Of a stretch of 64,000 nt of DNA, positions 15,401-27,701 are shown in pieces. The notes beneath the pieces were generated by a model. It did no database searches. It saw nothing but the letters and a program-made list of their open reading frames with translations, and was not told the origin of the DNA. This stretch comes from Takakia lepidozioides (lineage: Eukaryota; Plantae; Bryophyta), in NCBI GenBank assembly GCA_030704615.1, contig CM060731.1:73408001-73472000 (forward strand). Direction: 5' to 3'. How positions within the stretch are numbered: the first letter of the stretch is position 1; each line of letters starts with the position of its first letter. The position numbers and the translations under genes were made by a program.

Positions 15401-18296
15401 TCCCTGTACAGCGTTTCTAGGTGCCCATCGGGAAATTGCAGTTGCAATTTCCCTAGGCCTGCCCAGGTGACGCATAGTATGGACATGAGCTAGAATTTCA
15501 GAAGGGCAAACACGAGGTGTTAAATGCCTAGGTCATTCAGCTGGAGGGAGCTGATTTCCTCCTCTCTGAATGTTTGCAAATTTCTTAGAGTAAGCCAGTG
15601 TTATCTGGACTCATCAAGATCCCCAAATCATTAGATTGGATAAGATGTGTTTCAATTTATTCTCAGTGACAAGGAATATCATGTGCAGGCTACAGCTGTT
15701 AGACTAGCAGCGGCGGCATATATGATGGATGAAGGCACTCAATGGTCTGCTTTTCCGCCCGCCAAGGTGTGCCAATCAATTCATCTAGATTTTCAGCGGT
15801 TTGTACTTTATTGCTAATGGTTGGTGAAATGTCACAATAATAACTTCCTACACTTTGGTGTTGGAGACTCCCAAAAACTATTGTGGCATGGTGATTTCGA
15901 TGGTTTGTTTGTAGGACCTGGTTGTGTATATATGCTTTGAGGCTTTTCCAACTTCTAACAGCAGTCACAGTTCATTCAATTGAAGTTATCCTATCTTGGC
16001 TATGGTCCACATTGATTCCAGGGTATCCGAGATGCTGTGTTGGAGCTGCTGCATCCCTTGGTCTCTGTTCATGCAGAGGTTTGTTCTATGACCAAGATGT
16101 CCTTCCAAGTTTAGTGGTTAAATGATGTAAAACAAGTAGCAGACAATCGGTGCCATACCCTGCTGAGGCCTTAGTTCATATTTTTAGTCTTCAATGACCT
16201 GTTTCAGTAAAGACAGAACAATTTAAGGCACTTCCTTGCATCAAGTTTCCCTTCCAGAAAAAACAGAGGCATAGTGCCATGAGCATTGGGTGAGCAGTTT
16301 GCTTGATTTGCTGCAAAGTGTCTCGGCATTCATTCGGCCAATTTCCAATCTCCTACGTTGGAATCCTCTAATTCCAGAAATGAAATGAAATGAAATGGTG
16401 CTTTATAACGTCCGCGGAAAGCTCATAGAGCTTATGGGACAAAATGGAAAGAAAACATGAGAGGAAATAGAATGAGTCCCATTGTGATTTGATCACGGGG
16501 GAAGTCACTGAACAGATCTAATAGTAGCTTGTTGGATTGGTCAGGTTTATGCAGGAGCAAAACCCTTTTTGGGGAAGGTCATGAAGCATTTGGCGGAAGG
16601 ACTTATGGGTGCACTAGTGGACATAATCACAGAGAACAAGACGAAGATTTTCGAAGCGTTGGATATCAATGGGTACTGTCAGCTGATGCTTGAGGTGTGG
16701 TCTCCCTCTTTCCTCCTGTCCTATGTGAGTGGTTGGTCTTGGTCCATCCTTGTGACTCGAAGTACCTATTTGAGCGCCCTGCACCAGTATAGTGGTTCAG
16801 CCAGTATACAAGGGGTAAATTGTCTAACAGATGGTCCAGGTGCAAGGAGGATCACTTCATTAACAATCCACTATATCACGCAGATTGGCAACAATTGTAG
16901 CTTATCCAACCGTATCCATCAGCAGAAGGATAGTCATAAATAGGCTCCCTATAAGGTTAAGCCAAAGTAAGGTACTCACAGGTCGTTGCATGGTTAAAGG
17001 TTACAAAGAGAATAATATAGAGATGCAAGCAATCCGGCAACTAGAAAAGACTTACACTGCCGGGAAGCACATGCTGTATTCGAATGGTCTGTCAATGGCT
17101 TTGACTTGACTGACTTGATTGCTATTGACCATCTTTGCAATGGACCCAAGAGAGTGGCATAAGTGTACGTTGCTCCATCAACACTGCCAGGACCTTGATT
17201 AGTTAAGAACCTGGGCTGGGCAGTTACACAGAATTCTCTGAAACTGCTGGAATTGTGCCATATGCTGGAAACTGCTGTAGTCAGGTGCTTACTTGGCAAT
17301 TTATTCACATCTGAATCTCACATTTTGTTGCATAAGTTCCTATTTCAGCAGAGGCTCGTTGATGGTGCTGTGGCAAAGGGCCAGCAACCAGGGCCAAAAA
17401 CTATACTTTGTGAATATTTCTGAGTCCAGAGTCACAAAGTAATGTGTTGGCAATTTTGCCGAATCACCAGACATCATGTTGGCATTGGCAGATCGAGTAC
17501 ATCGAGGCTGTTCTTGACAGGTACTTAACATTGCCAGCCCATCAAATGGCAGGACGCCTGCAGGTTTTGCTTTTGGACAAAGTGATGGAGGTTGTTGGTG
17601 ATACAAAGGATAACATAGGCCATCGTCGGCGGACCACATGGGGAAGCAATGATGGGATGGGATTGGATGAGAGGTCGAACTTCATGATGCAACCTGAGGA
17701 GATGCAGGTAAAAGTTTTCTTTAGAGAAAAATGGCTGTTTCCCTAGTCCATGTAATTGTATGCTTGAGCCTTGGAGACCTCATCATAGGCACACTTACCA
17801 GCTGTACCTCTTGTATACAAAGTGTACTTTCTCCAGTGGTTCTTGCAGTTGCTAGTTTAGGTGACATGCAGCTAAGCCGAGCTATGAGTGGATCAAATAA
17901 TGTGCTTACAAGGAAAAATGATTCCTTTTACATGTTTTGAAAGACTGTGGGAGTGGATGACAAACGAAAGTTGTCCTCGATGGTCTTCAGGTCTTTGCTC
18001 AAGAGCGCATTGCCGATCTTTTACCCAATGAGTTGAAGAGGACTCGTCTTAACGTGTTTTGCTTCACTCCTGAGATCAACCTGGAAATGCAAAGGGAAAA
18101 GCGTGGTGGCTTATCACAACAGAGACCCAGGGTCTCCTCAGGAATAACAGGGTCAGGCCTCAACAGGCATCTCCACAAAAGTTCTAGCTCAAGTACTGAT
18201 TCTGACTCAGGGAAGCCTTCCAATGGGCTGCCCCCTATCTCACCCCATGTCAGCTATACGAGCTCTGAAGCTGGGAGCAGACACAGGCATTGGTGA
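6426..18296 (+). CDS. SEC5: Exocyst complex component SEC5/EXOC2, multi-exon
   Basis: Exon peptides match plant SEC5: EEELLQRALEEQA, EVELLSISSDEE, MVRRVREMRETRAAP…DPLGLG, KFNPKFFLAHVHQNTSAADLEAG…LVKENFDCFISCKTTID, AFAPLLERQ, QAERIRSAQGMLQRFRTIFNLPS…GEYDLAIREYKKAKS, LELEPDSDPLWHYL, DWMPVAS…SPFAISGLPL, LDINGYCQLMLE, ELKRTRLNVFCF. Stop at 18294-18296. Confidence 0.95.
10060..10400 (+). mobile_element. 5'-truncated non-LTR retroposon (RTE-like LINE 3' end or SINE) with (CATTT)n tail, in a SEC5 intron
   Basis: Ends …CCCATAAGCTCTATGAGCTTTCCGCGGACATTATAAAGTAC(CATTT)n. Residual coding frame EDQKCLAAYLHEAFTLRQS. The same sequence recurs in three other SEC5 introns. 5' boundary approximate. Confidence 0.6.
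13312..13378 (-). mobile_element. Tail-less fragment of the same retroposon family
   Basis: GAGAGGAAACAAAACCAGAGCCAAAGATAAAAACTATTGCTCGAGTGATTG matches the copies at about 14535-14580 and, reverse-complemented, about 10258-10310. Confidence 0.55.
14458..14640 (-). mobile_element. Retroposon copy with (GAAAT)n tail, in a SEC5 intron
   Basis: GAAATGAAATGAAATGAAATGGTGCTTTATAACGTCCGCGGAAAGCTCATAGAGC… is the reverse complement of the copy at about 10200-10400. Confidence 0.65.
16377..16467 (-). mobile_element. Short (about 90 bp) retroposon copy with (GAAAT)n tail, in a SEC5 intron
   Basis: Near-identical to 14458-14540 but more strongly 5'-truncated. Confidence 0.65.
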
Positions 18297-19982
18297 CATC
18301 CATGGCAAGATGACCTCCAGCCCTGCTAAGTCTTTCTGCATGGCGAGTCAGATGCTTGGAAAAGCACATGGGACAAGGTATTCTGGTGACAACAAGAGAA
18401 TGCAAAACTGAAACTACGGTATTCGCGGTTGGTATTTCGGTACACTGGTTGTATACTATGTGTTAGTGATACTATGTCTTGTTTATATGGGTAGGTGGGA
18501 GGCTCGTTTGTACTGATAATGTATAAGGTGAGATGCATAATAGTGTACACATGGTGTGTAACATTCAGGGATCAGTCAAACATGCTAAGCATTGGGTTCT
18601 TGGCTACCTGTGGCTTGAAAGCTCGGCTAGCTCTATGGTACTACTGTAATCTACTTCTAGAAGTGTAACTCAATGTACTGTTTACCTCTGTACACCAAAT
18701 GTGAGTGACCTGAGGATGGCATGAGGGAAATGAATGGCTTGGTTATCTTGGTTTGAGGCTGAATTTTCTCAAGTCAGATGGTATATGGAAATCTTGTCCC
18801 AATTCACATACACCTATATCAGAGTTTACATTGCATGGTTTCCTTGGTCAAGTGTAGAGCATTGCCTCAGCACATAAGGGCTTCTGTGACTACAGCAGAA
18901 GTAGGGAGCAAAATTTCCTTGGTCACTCGTACTGGTTGATAATTCCTAGAAGGAGACAGTAGTCCTACAAGGAGCAAGAACCGATTGCAGCAGCAGCCGT
19001 CTCCACTCCTCTTCTTCCCTCCTAATGACCAACAACTACTTTTTCCTCGCGCTATTGGATGCATCCTCCTGAACATTGCCAACAACCAACATCATCCTCT
19101 ACTTACTCATTTTTCACACTAATGTCATGGCTTCTCATGACCATTGCTGACTGTTTCCACCTCTTCTGCTTACTCCTCATCACATCAACATCATCGAAAC
19201 ATCAAATTTGCAACAGGGCGGCAGACGAGGGAGCAATCACTGCTATATAGTCCGCGGAATCAGCAGTTTAGCCTTTCGCTGCTGAGAAACGTCACGTCAA
19301 GTTCGTGTGATACTAAATGCTCATGAAGTTTTCCCTCTATTTGAGCTCTTTTCATCAAATGCAGAGGACAATTATGTCACATAAAGAGGAAGTGATTGCT
19401 CTAGCAGTCAATCCATTTCTCTCGCAATGATTATCAATCTTTGAGGAGAGAGTGGAAAGTTGAGACCCGTGGGTCCGAATTGATTAAAATGTGAAGAAAT
19501 CCTGTTCACACTGAAGATGGGGGACACATGCAAGAACAGTAGCATTTGTTTCCGCTGTTGTCAGCAAGACTTTTCCTATTGTAGCATGTTAAGGGAGAAA
19601 CTACCTATGAGACTGGTCACCAACAAACCCCATCACCGCTCTTCTCTCTTCCGCTCCTCTTCTTCCCTCCTTTCCCGCCCATCTGTCCTGGGTTCAAATG
19701 ACGATGAGTGTGAGAAATCGGCAGCTGGTCTTGTGCCGTAGGGTTCAGAGAATCAGGGTGTCAAGGGAATTTGTTCGGTTTTGCATAGAAAGCTAGGTTT
19801 TCGTTGCGTAGAAGCTAGTGGCAAGTGGGTCTGTTCTTGTGTCGCAAGATTTGCTGAAGACTTCTTTATCTGGTAGAAAGAATTCGAAGTTTGCAGCAGA
19901 GACTCTTGGCTGAATGCCCGCAGTCCCCACTTTCTCTCGTGCTCTGGTGGGTTTTGACAACATACTGGGATTTGGCTAAGAA

Positions 19983-22900
19983 ATGGAGGAGAGGAAGCAT
20001 GAGGAGGATGGGGAGTACGAGGAGCTGGGTGCGGAGCAGAAGATCAGCATGGCGAAGTGGTTCTTGCTCAAATCACCTCCTGGCCAAATTCAACAAGTTG
20101 CCGAAGGTATCCTCCTCAGCGATCCCTTTACATGTGTTTGTGTGTGGGGTTCGTCTTGTTGAGTGATGTACTGGACGTTCACTACTTCAAGATACCGTGC
20201 CCTCGAACGGCTTCAGCCATTCATAGTTCATAGTAGAGCAGTAACTTTGGGGTAGGTGCTGTAGGACCTCCTGTGCACAGACATGCACAGACAACAGGCA
20301 ACAGGGAGTAGGCACTTTCAACTTTAAATTTTTTTCGACTGGGATAGTCTTGATTCTCAGTTGCTTTTGAACCTACCCCTGCCAATATTGTTAAACCTTC
20401 TGCGGAATTGAGGCATGTGTCCGAGCAATCCCATCACTGGTCTTTATAGGTCCATGAGCGACCGTTTGAGCATGAGAAACATGGGTTTTTCTTCAGTGCT
20501 TGCATTAGCTGACTGGGATGTAATTTTGGTGGGTTTAGATGTACGACAAGTTCTAATGGACGACCATCTCTTCAACAAAGCCGCATCTGAAGCGTTTCCA
20601 CAGTACAATGTCAAACAAATGATCTCCGTTGAGTTGCCAGATCACAGTGGTAAGGTATTTTACTGATGGACCAGGTCTCAGCTGTCTGGTTCAGGTCCCC
20701 TGTTTGGGAGGTATGATTGCTTCTTTTGCACCTTGCGGTCTGCAAGAAATAAGGCAATAATTTGTAAGCCAACCACTCCCTCATGTGATGAAAGAGAGAG
20801 AGAAATGGATTAGTCATCTTTAAAACAGAGAAAAGGAGAGCTCATGTGGACTTCTGAGAATGGGATGTGCTGATTGGCAGGCACACTGGGAATGTGGTGG
20901 CAGGTGCTAGTGACCCAATTTGGGGAAGTGGATAGGTATCAGTACCTGGACCCTCGTACTGCTATGGTTGTCTCAGTCGATCATGTCAAGCAGGTGACGC
21001 TGTTCCTGTAACTGTGCTCCGCAATGTCTTTGAAGTCCAATGAGTCATGCTCTTGAAATTGTAACTTTGGCTCTACATTTGGACTCTGTAACCGCATTCC
21101 TTTCTAGACTCTTTCTGATTCTAAAACCAAACGAAGAATACAGATTTTGACCGTCAGAATTGACTCTTCTAACAGGGTTCGTTTTTCAATTATCAAACAT
21201 GGGTGAAGTCTTACTTCATGGATCTCATGAATGTCATGTAACAGGTTTGTATTGAAGTGCGACCAGCTTTGGATGAAGAGCTGCCCTCTGCATTTGTGGA
21301 AGAGTACCGGTGAGAACTAGTTCTACGTAGGACAATTTCTTTCTCCAGTGCAGTGCCTCCTAAGCACCCTGGTTAGCAGCTGGTCTGGAGAAAGATCTAG
21401 TGTTAATTTGCTGGAATGTTCAGACTCTCATTGTTTGCACCTCCAGAGGCGTGTGAGAGTGTATGATCTCACCCAGATTAGTACCTGTGTTTCACCAGAG
21501 TATCTGTTGATGCGGAACTTCTCAAGTATGTGGAAGAGGCATATCCTGGAGGAGATTGTGCAGTGTACTGCACCAGTGGAAAGGATGTGGATAAAGAGGG
21601 TGGAGAGATTGAACTGACCGTTGTAATTACCAATATGAGCTTCAGTCCCAAAAACTTTCGGTGAGCCAAATCTCGTCTACTCGGACATAGATTTGATAGT
21701 TAACTGTAGGTTTTGGCTAGTTAGAACGCATCATATGCTTCCTGGCCTTGCAATTGATGCTGTAGTTATTTGTCAGCTCGCTAGGTTGTTTGCTGGGTCA
21801 ACCATATTCTTCATCTGGAGACCTTAAAAAGGCCTCACAGGACCAAGACATCTTCTCTACGATTTCCTAAAATGTCACTGTGTGCAGGGCTGGGCGCTGG
21901 CGATCTGTCTGGAGAATCCAGATCAATGAGGAGCTACATTCTGTGGACCTGCGGGGTCAAATCAATGTAGGTAATGCTAATTAGAAGCTCTGTTAATCAG
22001 GTGGAGTAATCACAACCCTACAGTGTACTGGATTGAGTATTGTGGACACAATGTCGACTTCCCATGTCCTTGCCTCTGCAAACACCAGGCACGTATTGGT
22101 TCCTTGAGGAATAAATAATGTCCCAAAGGTTAAACCCCCAAAGGAAGCCAAGAGGAATTTGCTATCTACAAGGAAAATGAATTTGGGGTCAAAATGGTAG
22201 GTTCCCAGTATTTGTGAGTCTACCATTTCACTAGGGAACTGCTGATCAGACGGAAGAAGAGGGTAGAAGCTCCTAGAATAATATGGGGACCCTTGTGCGC
22301 AAAGCTTGGTGTAGAGTCCGTACGCAGCAAGTACCTGACATCCTGCCATGGATAATACTGGCGATTTAGATCCTATAGAGGCTGGGATTACAAATCTTGG
22401 TTACTCGATGTAGGGCCCTTGGATTCCTGGTGACTGGAAACAGGCCGTAACAAGAGCCCCTGTTTTATTTGTGGCAATGTGGTTGGTAGGTTGATGCACA
22501 CTATTTTGAGGAAGGCAACGTACAGTTGGAGACCAGTCATGACTGCTCTGACACCACTGTACTTCAGGTATTGGCATGTGAGGTTGGTGTCTTAAATGCC
22601 TTTGAAAGGTGCAGCTGGCTTGTTGCTATTAAACACCAAAAGTTGTATGAATGTGTAGAGAACAAGGGAACATTTAATAGTGGGAAGCTGGGACCATGCA
22701 GGATGCTGGAGAGACGGGGGCTGCAATCCTTGCTGTCATTGAGCAACAAGAATCTGCATACTTGGCGTCCCTGGAGGTGATTATACTCTCAATTCCTTAG
22801 TTTGTGCTGGTGTGCATGTCTTCAGTTGGCGTAGTCTGATTCTCTAGCTTGAGTCTGCCTTTTTCTACTTCACCGGTCAATTCCTCATACAGTCTTTGTT

Positions 22901-23496
22901 TCCCAACTTTGCAGGATTCTTATGCAAAACTTTCAGATGGAACTTTCAAGGTATGTTATCCCTGGTGTGATACTCAACAAACCTCTAGGATTGAACCAAT
23001 CGTTTCTGGGGCTATGTTGTGTTGAGGAAGAGTACATCTCAGAAAATATGGCTTCAGAACAGAAAAGTGGGGCACAAGCATATCAGCATTATTCAGGCAA
23101 GGCCATGGAGTTGAAAGAGAAGACAGCTGTAAGCTAGTGGCTGCATGCTGAAACTAGGCTTGTATGTATTCGTAGCCATTTAATCTCCAGTGCAAATGTT
23201 AGAATATGCATCCCCTAAATGTGCTAGGCATGCCCAAGACTGCTCACATCCTACCCACACTCAGGTTAAGGCATAGTTAAGCAGTCACTGACTGTGTACT
23301 GAACATGTCATTTCTACCACTAGTGTGCAGAGCTTCAGTGTTGTAGTCATTTTATTAGTGTTGATGGATAATGGGCATATGTGTGCAGGAGCTACGGAGA
23401 AAGCTACCAGTGACACGCACTCTCTTCTCATGGGACAAAGCTTTACAGCTGAGCCTGTCAAGGGAGCTTACCAGGAAGCTTACGTTCAAACAATAG
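19983..23496 (+). CDS. CPA: F-actin capping protein subunit alpha, multi-exon
   Basis: MEERKHEE…AKWFLLKSPPGQIQQVAE, AASEAFPQYNVKQMISVELPDHSG, YLDPRTA…VDHVKQ, ELLKYVEEAYPGG, SPKNF/GRWRSVW, AHYFEEGNVQL, ELRRKLPVTRTLFSW. Stop TAG at 23494-23496. Confidence 0.95.
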
Positions 23497-25390
23497 CCTT
23501 TTGAATGCTCCTTTTCCCCCCCGTCATCTTCTCTGGCCGGATACCTACACTGTTGCATAACCGGTTGTCACGTGGATATGGCACAACCGAGTCCTGTGGC
23601 TCCAGAATGCAACACAGTTTTGTTGAAGCCTGTTGATCTTACTGTTCACTGTGCAGAGGAGGGGAAATACTGGAAGGGAATGATGTCTTCTGGATGCAGG
23701 TAGATGTTAAAGTCTGTCCCATTCTTGTACATGTATATTGAGTTTGTCATACACAAAACACATTCCAGGGACAGCACCTGCGTATGCTTGTTTCGGTCCA
23801 AAGTTAACACCCAGTTAGTCAACTAAACTTGACCTCAGGTTAAGCTTCTTACTCCATCAAATTTGTAAGCAACAATGTGAGTTGCAAGTGTGAAGATGTT
23901 CATCCACTTTTTGACTCCATGTTGCCCCATGACACCATTGCCTGGAATACCAATTCCATTCCCTTTCATGGTGAGGATTGATGACACATTTTGTCTGTTT
24001 CTATGGATGTTCTCCGTAGTAGTATGGAAGTGTCATTAGCTGACCTAAGCGATTTGACTAGTGGGTGACAAGTTAGAAAAGGCATTTCATCTCCCTGTTG
24101 CACCTCCTTTATGATACTAGGTTTGGGTGGAGCATCTTTATGCAGGGGTCAAATGTGGAGAGGTGAGTGATACTCTATAAGATTTTTGGGTAGTGTTGCG
24201 GTTCCATGGTCAGGCACATGTTGATTGTCTTAGTGAAACAACACCTCTTGTCATCACTAAAATCATTAAGGGTTTTTGAGCACGTCCTGGAGATTGCTCA
24301 ACAGTCTCAGCCAAATGCACCTGTCCACTAACAAGTCTGCTTTGTGGTATGTGCAGTCCTACTCAGACTGAGAATTAGAGTGGTCAGAAATGTCAACTCA
24401 GTCTGCCTACTTTGGATAAAGGGCGATCATGAGTTAGATCTCAAGGTTTGGAAACTTTCTCTTCTAGTACTCTCCCAAAGGATGAGGGTAAGTTCAACAC
24501 AAACCTATGTCCATCTCTCTTCACATTCTCTTCGTTCAAAACTTCTCCATGAAATAATCAGTGTATGAATTTCCATGCACTGACTGCACCTAGCACAACT
24601 GGATCTCAACTACAGAGACTGTGTTTGAGAAATGCAGGGCACTGTGGGTAAAGCACTGCCTCGCAGCAACTGTAAGTTTCACAATGTCATTGCCCTTGGT
24701 TTAGCTGGCAAGTAGTGAGCCACAAGTGCTGCCTGATTTCTACGAAGGGCTTTAGAGCTTCTGCAATTGCATCACCATTTGGTTAAAGTAGAGAGAGAGA
24801 GAGAGAGGGAGAAGCGAGAAGAACTCTGGCCAAAGCTGGAGTAAGCAGAGCTACTTCACCTTTAGGCTACTGAGGCAGAAACCCCAACAAGCAGCAATCT
24901 ACAACCTTTGACCAATTGACAAGGTTCCAAAATGTACCTAGAGAAACCCAGACAAAATGTTAAGCACATACCTCGCACAGATTTAATTTTAATATTTGTA
25001 CATTGCAATGTCTCAGTCAGGGAAAGATTCTCTGCAGTTTCTGCCCTGTCCAGAGTCCTTGGAAGGTGACTATTTTAATTTTACAAAGTGCACTTGCTGC
25101 AGAAGGCCCAGTGGTATATCTGGCATTGTTTCTGGCACCTCTCCGATCCTTGAGGCTAGGATGAGGGAGGTGCGGCCAGTCTTCTTGATCATGTCAGTGT
25201 TCTTGCTGCTTTAGGGCAAAAAGGTGCACCCGAAAAGCTAGTCTGGTGTAGAAATACCTCACAGTCATGCGTCATAAGCTAACCTAAGTTCACAAACAGC
25301 CACACGCATCACGATCCTGCACACTTAGCGTGTCCCAACTATTTACAGACTGAAGCATGCACCAAAGTTCTCGTTGACAACACGGTCCCC

Positions 25391-26422
25391 CTAGATTTGG
25401 CGCAGCTGCCGCTTCGATTTTCTGCGCAGTTTCGTAAGCTCGTCCCTCCAGTGAGCTGCGTCAGAATAGCGCTCCTCAATAACAGCCATGAGCATGCTCT
25501 TCATCAACGTAATTTCTTCGGCAATGGGATCCGGCTCATTATTTACTGTGTCCCAGAAGGAGCTTCCTCTGTTCCTTGCGCTAATGTCCAACCTCTTTCC
25601 TACTGCGGGATCATACACATGGCTCACTGCGTCAGCCTTGATTATAGATTTATTCACATAAATAGGTACCTTGCATCTAACAGCCAAATTGACAGCATCT
25701 GAGGGGCGTGCATCCACACTGAAGACTCCCTCTTCCCCGGGCCTGCCAATATAGATACGAGCATAGTAAGTATCCATGACGCGCTCCGTGATTCTGACCA
25801 TTCGTGCTTCGTAATTGAGGGCGCCCACCATGTCCTTCATCAGATGATAACAGTTAGGCCGGCCGGAATTTTCCTCATCCCGAAGCGCCTTCATCAGCAT
25901 GCTTACTGCCCCTTCGTTAACAACAATCGGAAGTATCAGATCCGAGTCATTCATGACTTTGAGAAAGATCGTCGGGGTGCTCGATTTGTAGAGCAAACGA
26001 CCCTTGGAAGGATTGATGTGGTCCACCTCCACCTCTCTGCCATTGGCAAAAGTCATATACAAGTGCCCCTGTATTGGCACCATACTCACAGCTTCAACAA
26101 CATGCACTTCCAGATAATCCATGGTGTCATCCTCAGCATACATGCTCCCACTGCCACTCTTCTCGTAGCTATTCCGCGCCAACCCATCACTGTACCGGGG
26201 CTGCTGAACCCCGGAGCCCCAATTAAAACCCACCTGTCTCCCCCCGACCCAATTGCACCCCAACTGTTTCCCCCCGACCCAATTGTTCCCCACAAACAAC
26301 GAGACAGGATTCAGCGATGGCAGACAAGTTTGCTCTCTTGGCCGCAAATCCCAGGCTCCTCTTCCAGGCCCTGGCAGCGGCCGCGGAAGAAGATGAACCC
26401 TGGTCTGTTGCAGGATGGCCAT
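25391..26422 (-). CDS. BBD: Bifunctional nuclease (DUF151/BFN domain plus C-terminal UVR motif), intronless
   Basis: PTIFLKV…LPIVVNE, RPNCYHLMKDMV, VRITERVMDTYYARIY, VDARPSDAVNLAVRCKVPIYV, AVIEERYSDAAHWRDEL. The ORF is open from 26581; the ATG at 26422 (MAILQQ…) is the likelier start, with a transit-peptide-like N-terminus. Confidence 0.9.
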   Translation of the reverse strand: MAILQQTRVHLLPRPLPGPGRGAWDLRPREQTCLPSLNPVSLFVGNNWVGGKQLGCNWVGGRQVGFNWGSGVQQPRYSDGLARNSYEKSGSGSMYAEDDTMDYLEVHVVEAVSMVPIQGHLYMTFANGREVEVDHINPSKGRLLYKSSTPTIFLKVMNDSDLILPIVVNEGAVSMLMKALRDEENSGRPNCYHLMKDMVGALNYEARMVRITERVMDTYYARIYIGRPGEEGVFSVDARPSDAVNLAVRCKVPIYVNKSIIKADAVSHVYDPAVGKRLDISARNRGSSFWDTVNNEPDPIAEEITLMKSMLMAVIEERYSDAAHWRDELTKLRRKSKRQLRQI

Positions 26423-27060
26423 GGCGATGGTGAGCACGATCTCAAGCCCAAATTGGAGTGGCACAGCATCCAATCCTCCGACCTGGCACCTGCTTGCCCG
26501 CTGGGTCGTTCCCCCCTCGTATGCGTTCTTGTTGTTTGTGTGTGTCTCGATAGGGCCAACCGAGTCTCCCGCCCTGCCCATGTAACTAACTCCACTTTAC
26601 TTATTAACCTGCTGGGTTAATAGTTAATACCAGCTCCACAGGGGACCTGGACTGATACCTAAGTTGACTTGGATTGGGACTTGGAATACAATTGGGCATG
26701 CATCAATACCTGGGTTCTTGTTTTTTCCCCCTAAAAAGTGGGATGGAGCCTTGTTAATCAAATAGACTCAATGACACTAGGCATGAGGCTTGCGCCCTCA
26801 TGGCTAGGTTATTACTTTGAAAGAGGGTTTTTTTGTAAGGGGCCTGATTTGTGAGCGGTTGGCGATTCGGGCAGCTTAATAAAAAGACGAGGTTGTGGCG
26901 GACGATGATGATGTGGCAGATGATGATGAACATGTTGTTTTCTTTTTCTTTTTCTTTTTTTTTAGGTAATACTAACAGGGGACAATGGCCCTGATAATTT
27001 TATTGATAAGATTATTGAAGGGAAAAATTTAAACCCTCTAAGTGCCCCAAGGTTGCATAA

Positions 27061-27701
27061 GGTCAACTCCATGGTGCCACGGCACTTGCCCAAATAGGCA
27101 ATCTAAGGGCGCAGGTCACGGAGCTTGCTCCACAGTTGGCTCAGGCTTGCGCCGACCCCACCTTAAATCTGCCTCCCGCCCTGCATTTTGGCCAAGCATA
27201 CCGGGACTCCACCAACCATTGTACATAGATTTTTAGTCCTTCCGATATGGTGTCAAAAGATATTGGCTTCGCTTCTTCCATGGCGGGAGAGGCTTCTTCC
27301 ATGGCGGAAGCGGGAAACCCACGCTACGAGAGCCCCACAGACTGTTTCAGTTCAAGCTGCAATCACCATTCCCTTTCTTGCCAGGAAGAGATCCACCGTG
27401 CTTCCGTCTTTGTCTCGGCTGGTTTTGATCCTCAACCATCAATGCATTCAATAACACCTCTTCCTTTTCTTCATCTTCAAGCTGTGCCCTCAACCCAGCC
27501 TCACCTATGCTCTCCAAAGATCCATTTCATCGCTCAAGAAACGTGATCGCACTTGCCAAGTTGTGATCGGCGCTCTTTGTGCCTGGTCTTCTACCGTCCC
27601 AACCGTGGAGTGCCAACCAAACCGTCCCTGGAAAAATTACCGTCGCCCCTGTAACCAGGGCATATAGCGTTTGACGTGCCGTGCTCACCGTGGAGATGCT
27701 C
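27061..27701. mobile_element. Non-autonomous PIF/Harbinger (Tourist-like) element
   Basis: Imperfect TIRs GGTCAACTCCATGGTGCCACGGCAC / GTGCCGTGCTCACCGTGGAGATGCTC, flanked by a TAA TSD (27058-27060, 27702-27704). Same TIR type as 60714-60907. Confidence 0.7.

Noticed and set aside
20107-20539. U12-type intron in CPA (donor GTATCCTC)
   Set aside because: The donor deviates from GTATCCTT and there is no TCCTTAAC branch site near the acceptor.
25844-26620. 258-aa antisense ORF over the BBD gene
   Set aside because: It shadows the real ORF and has no recognisable domain; explained by codon usage.
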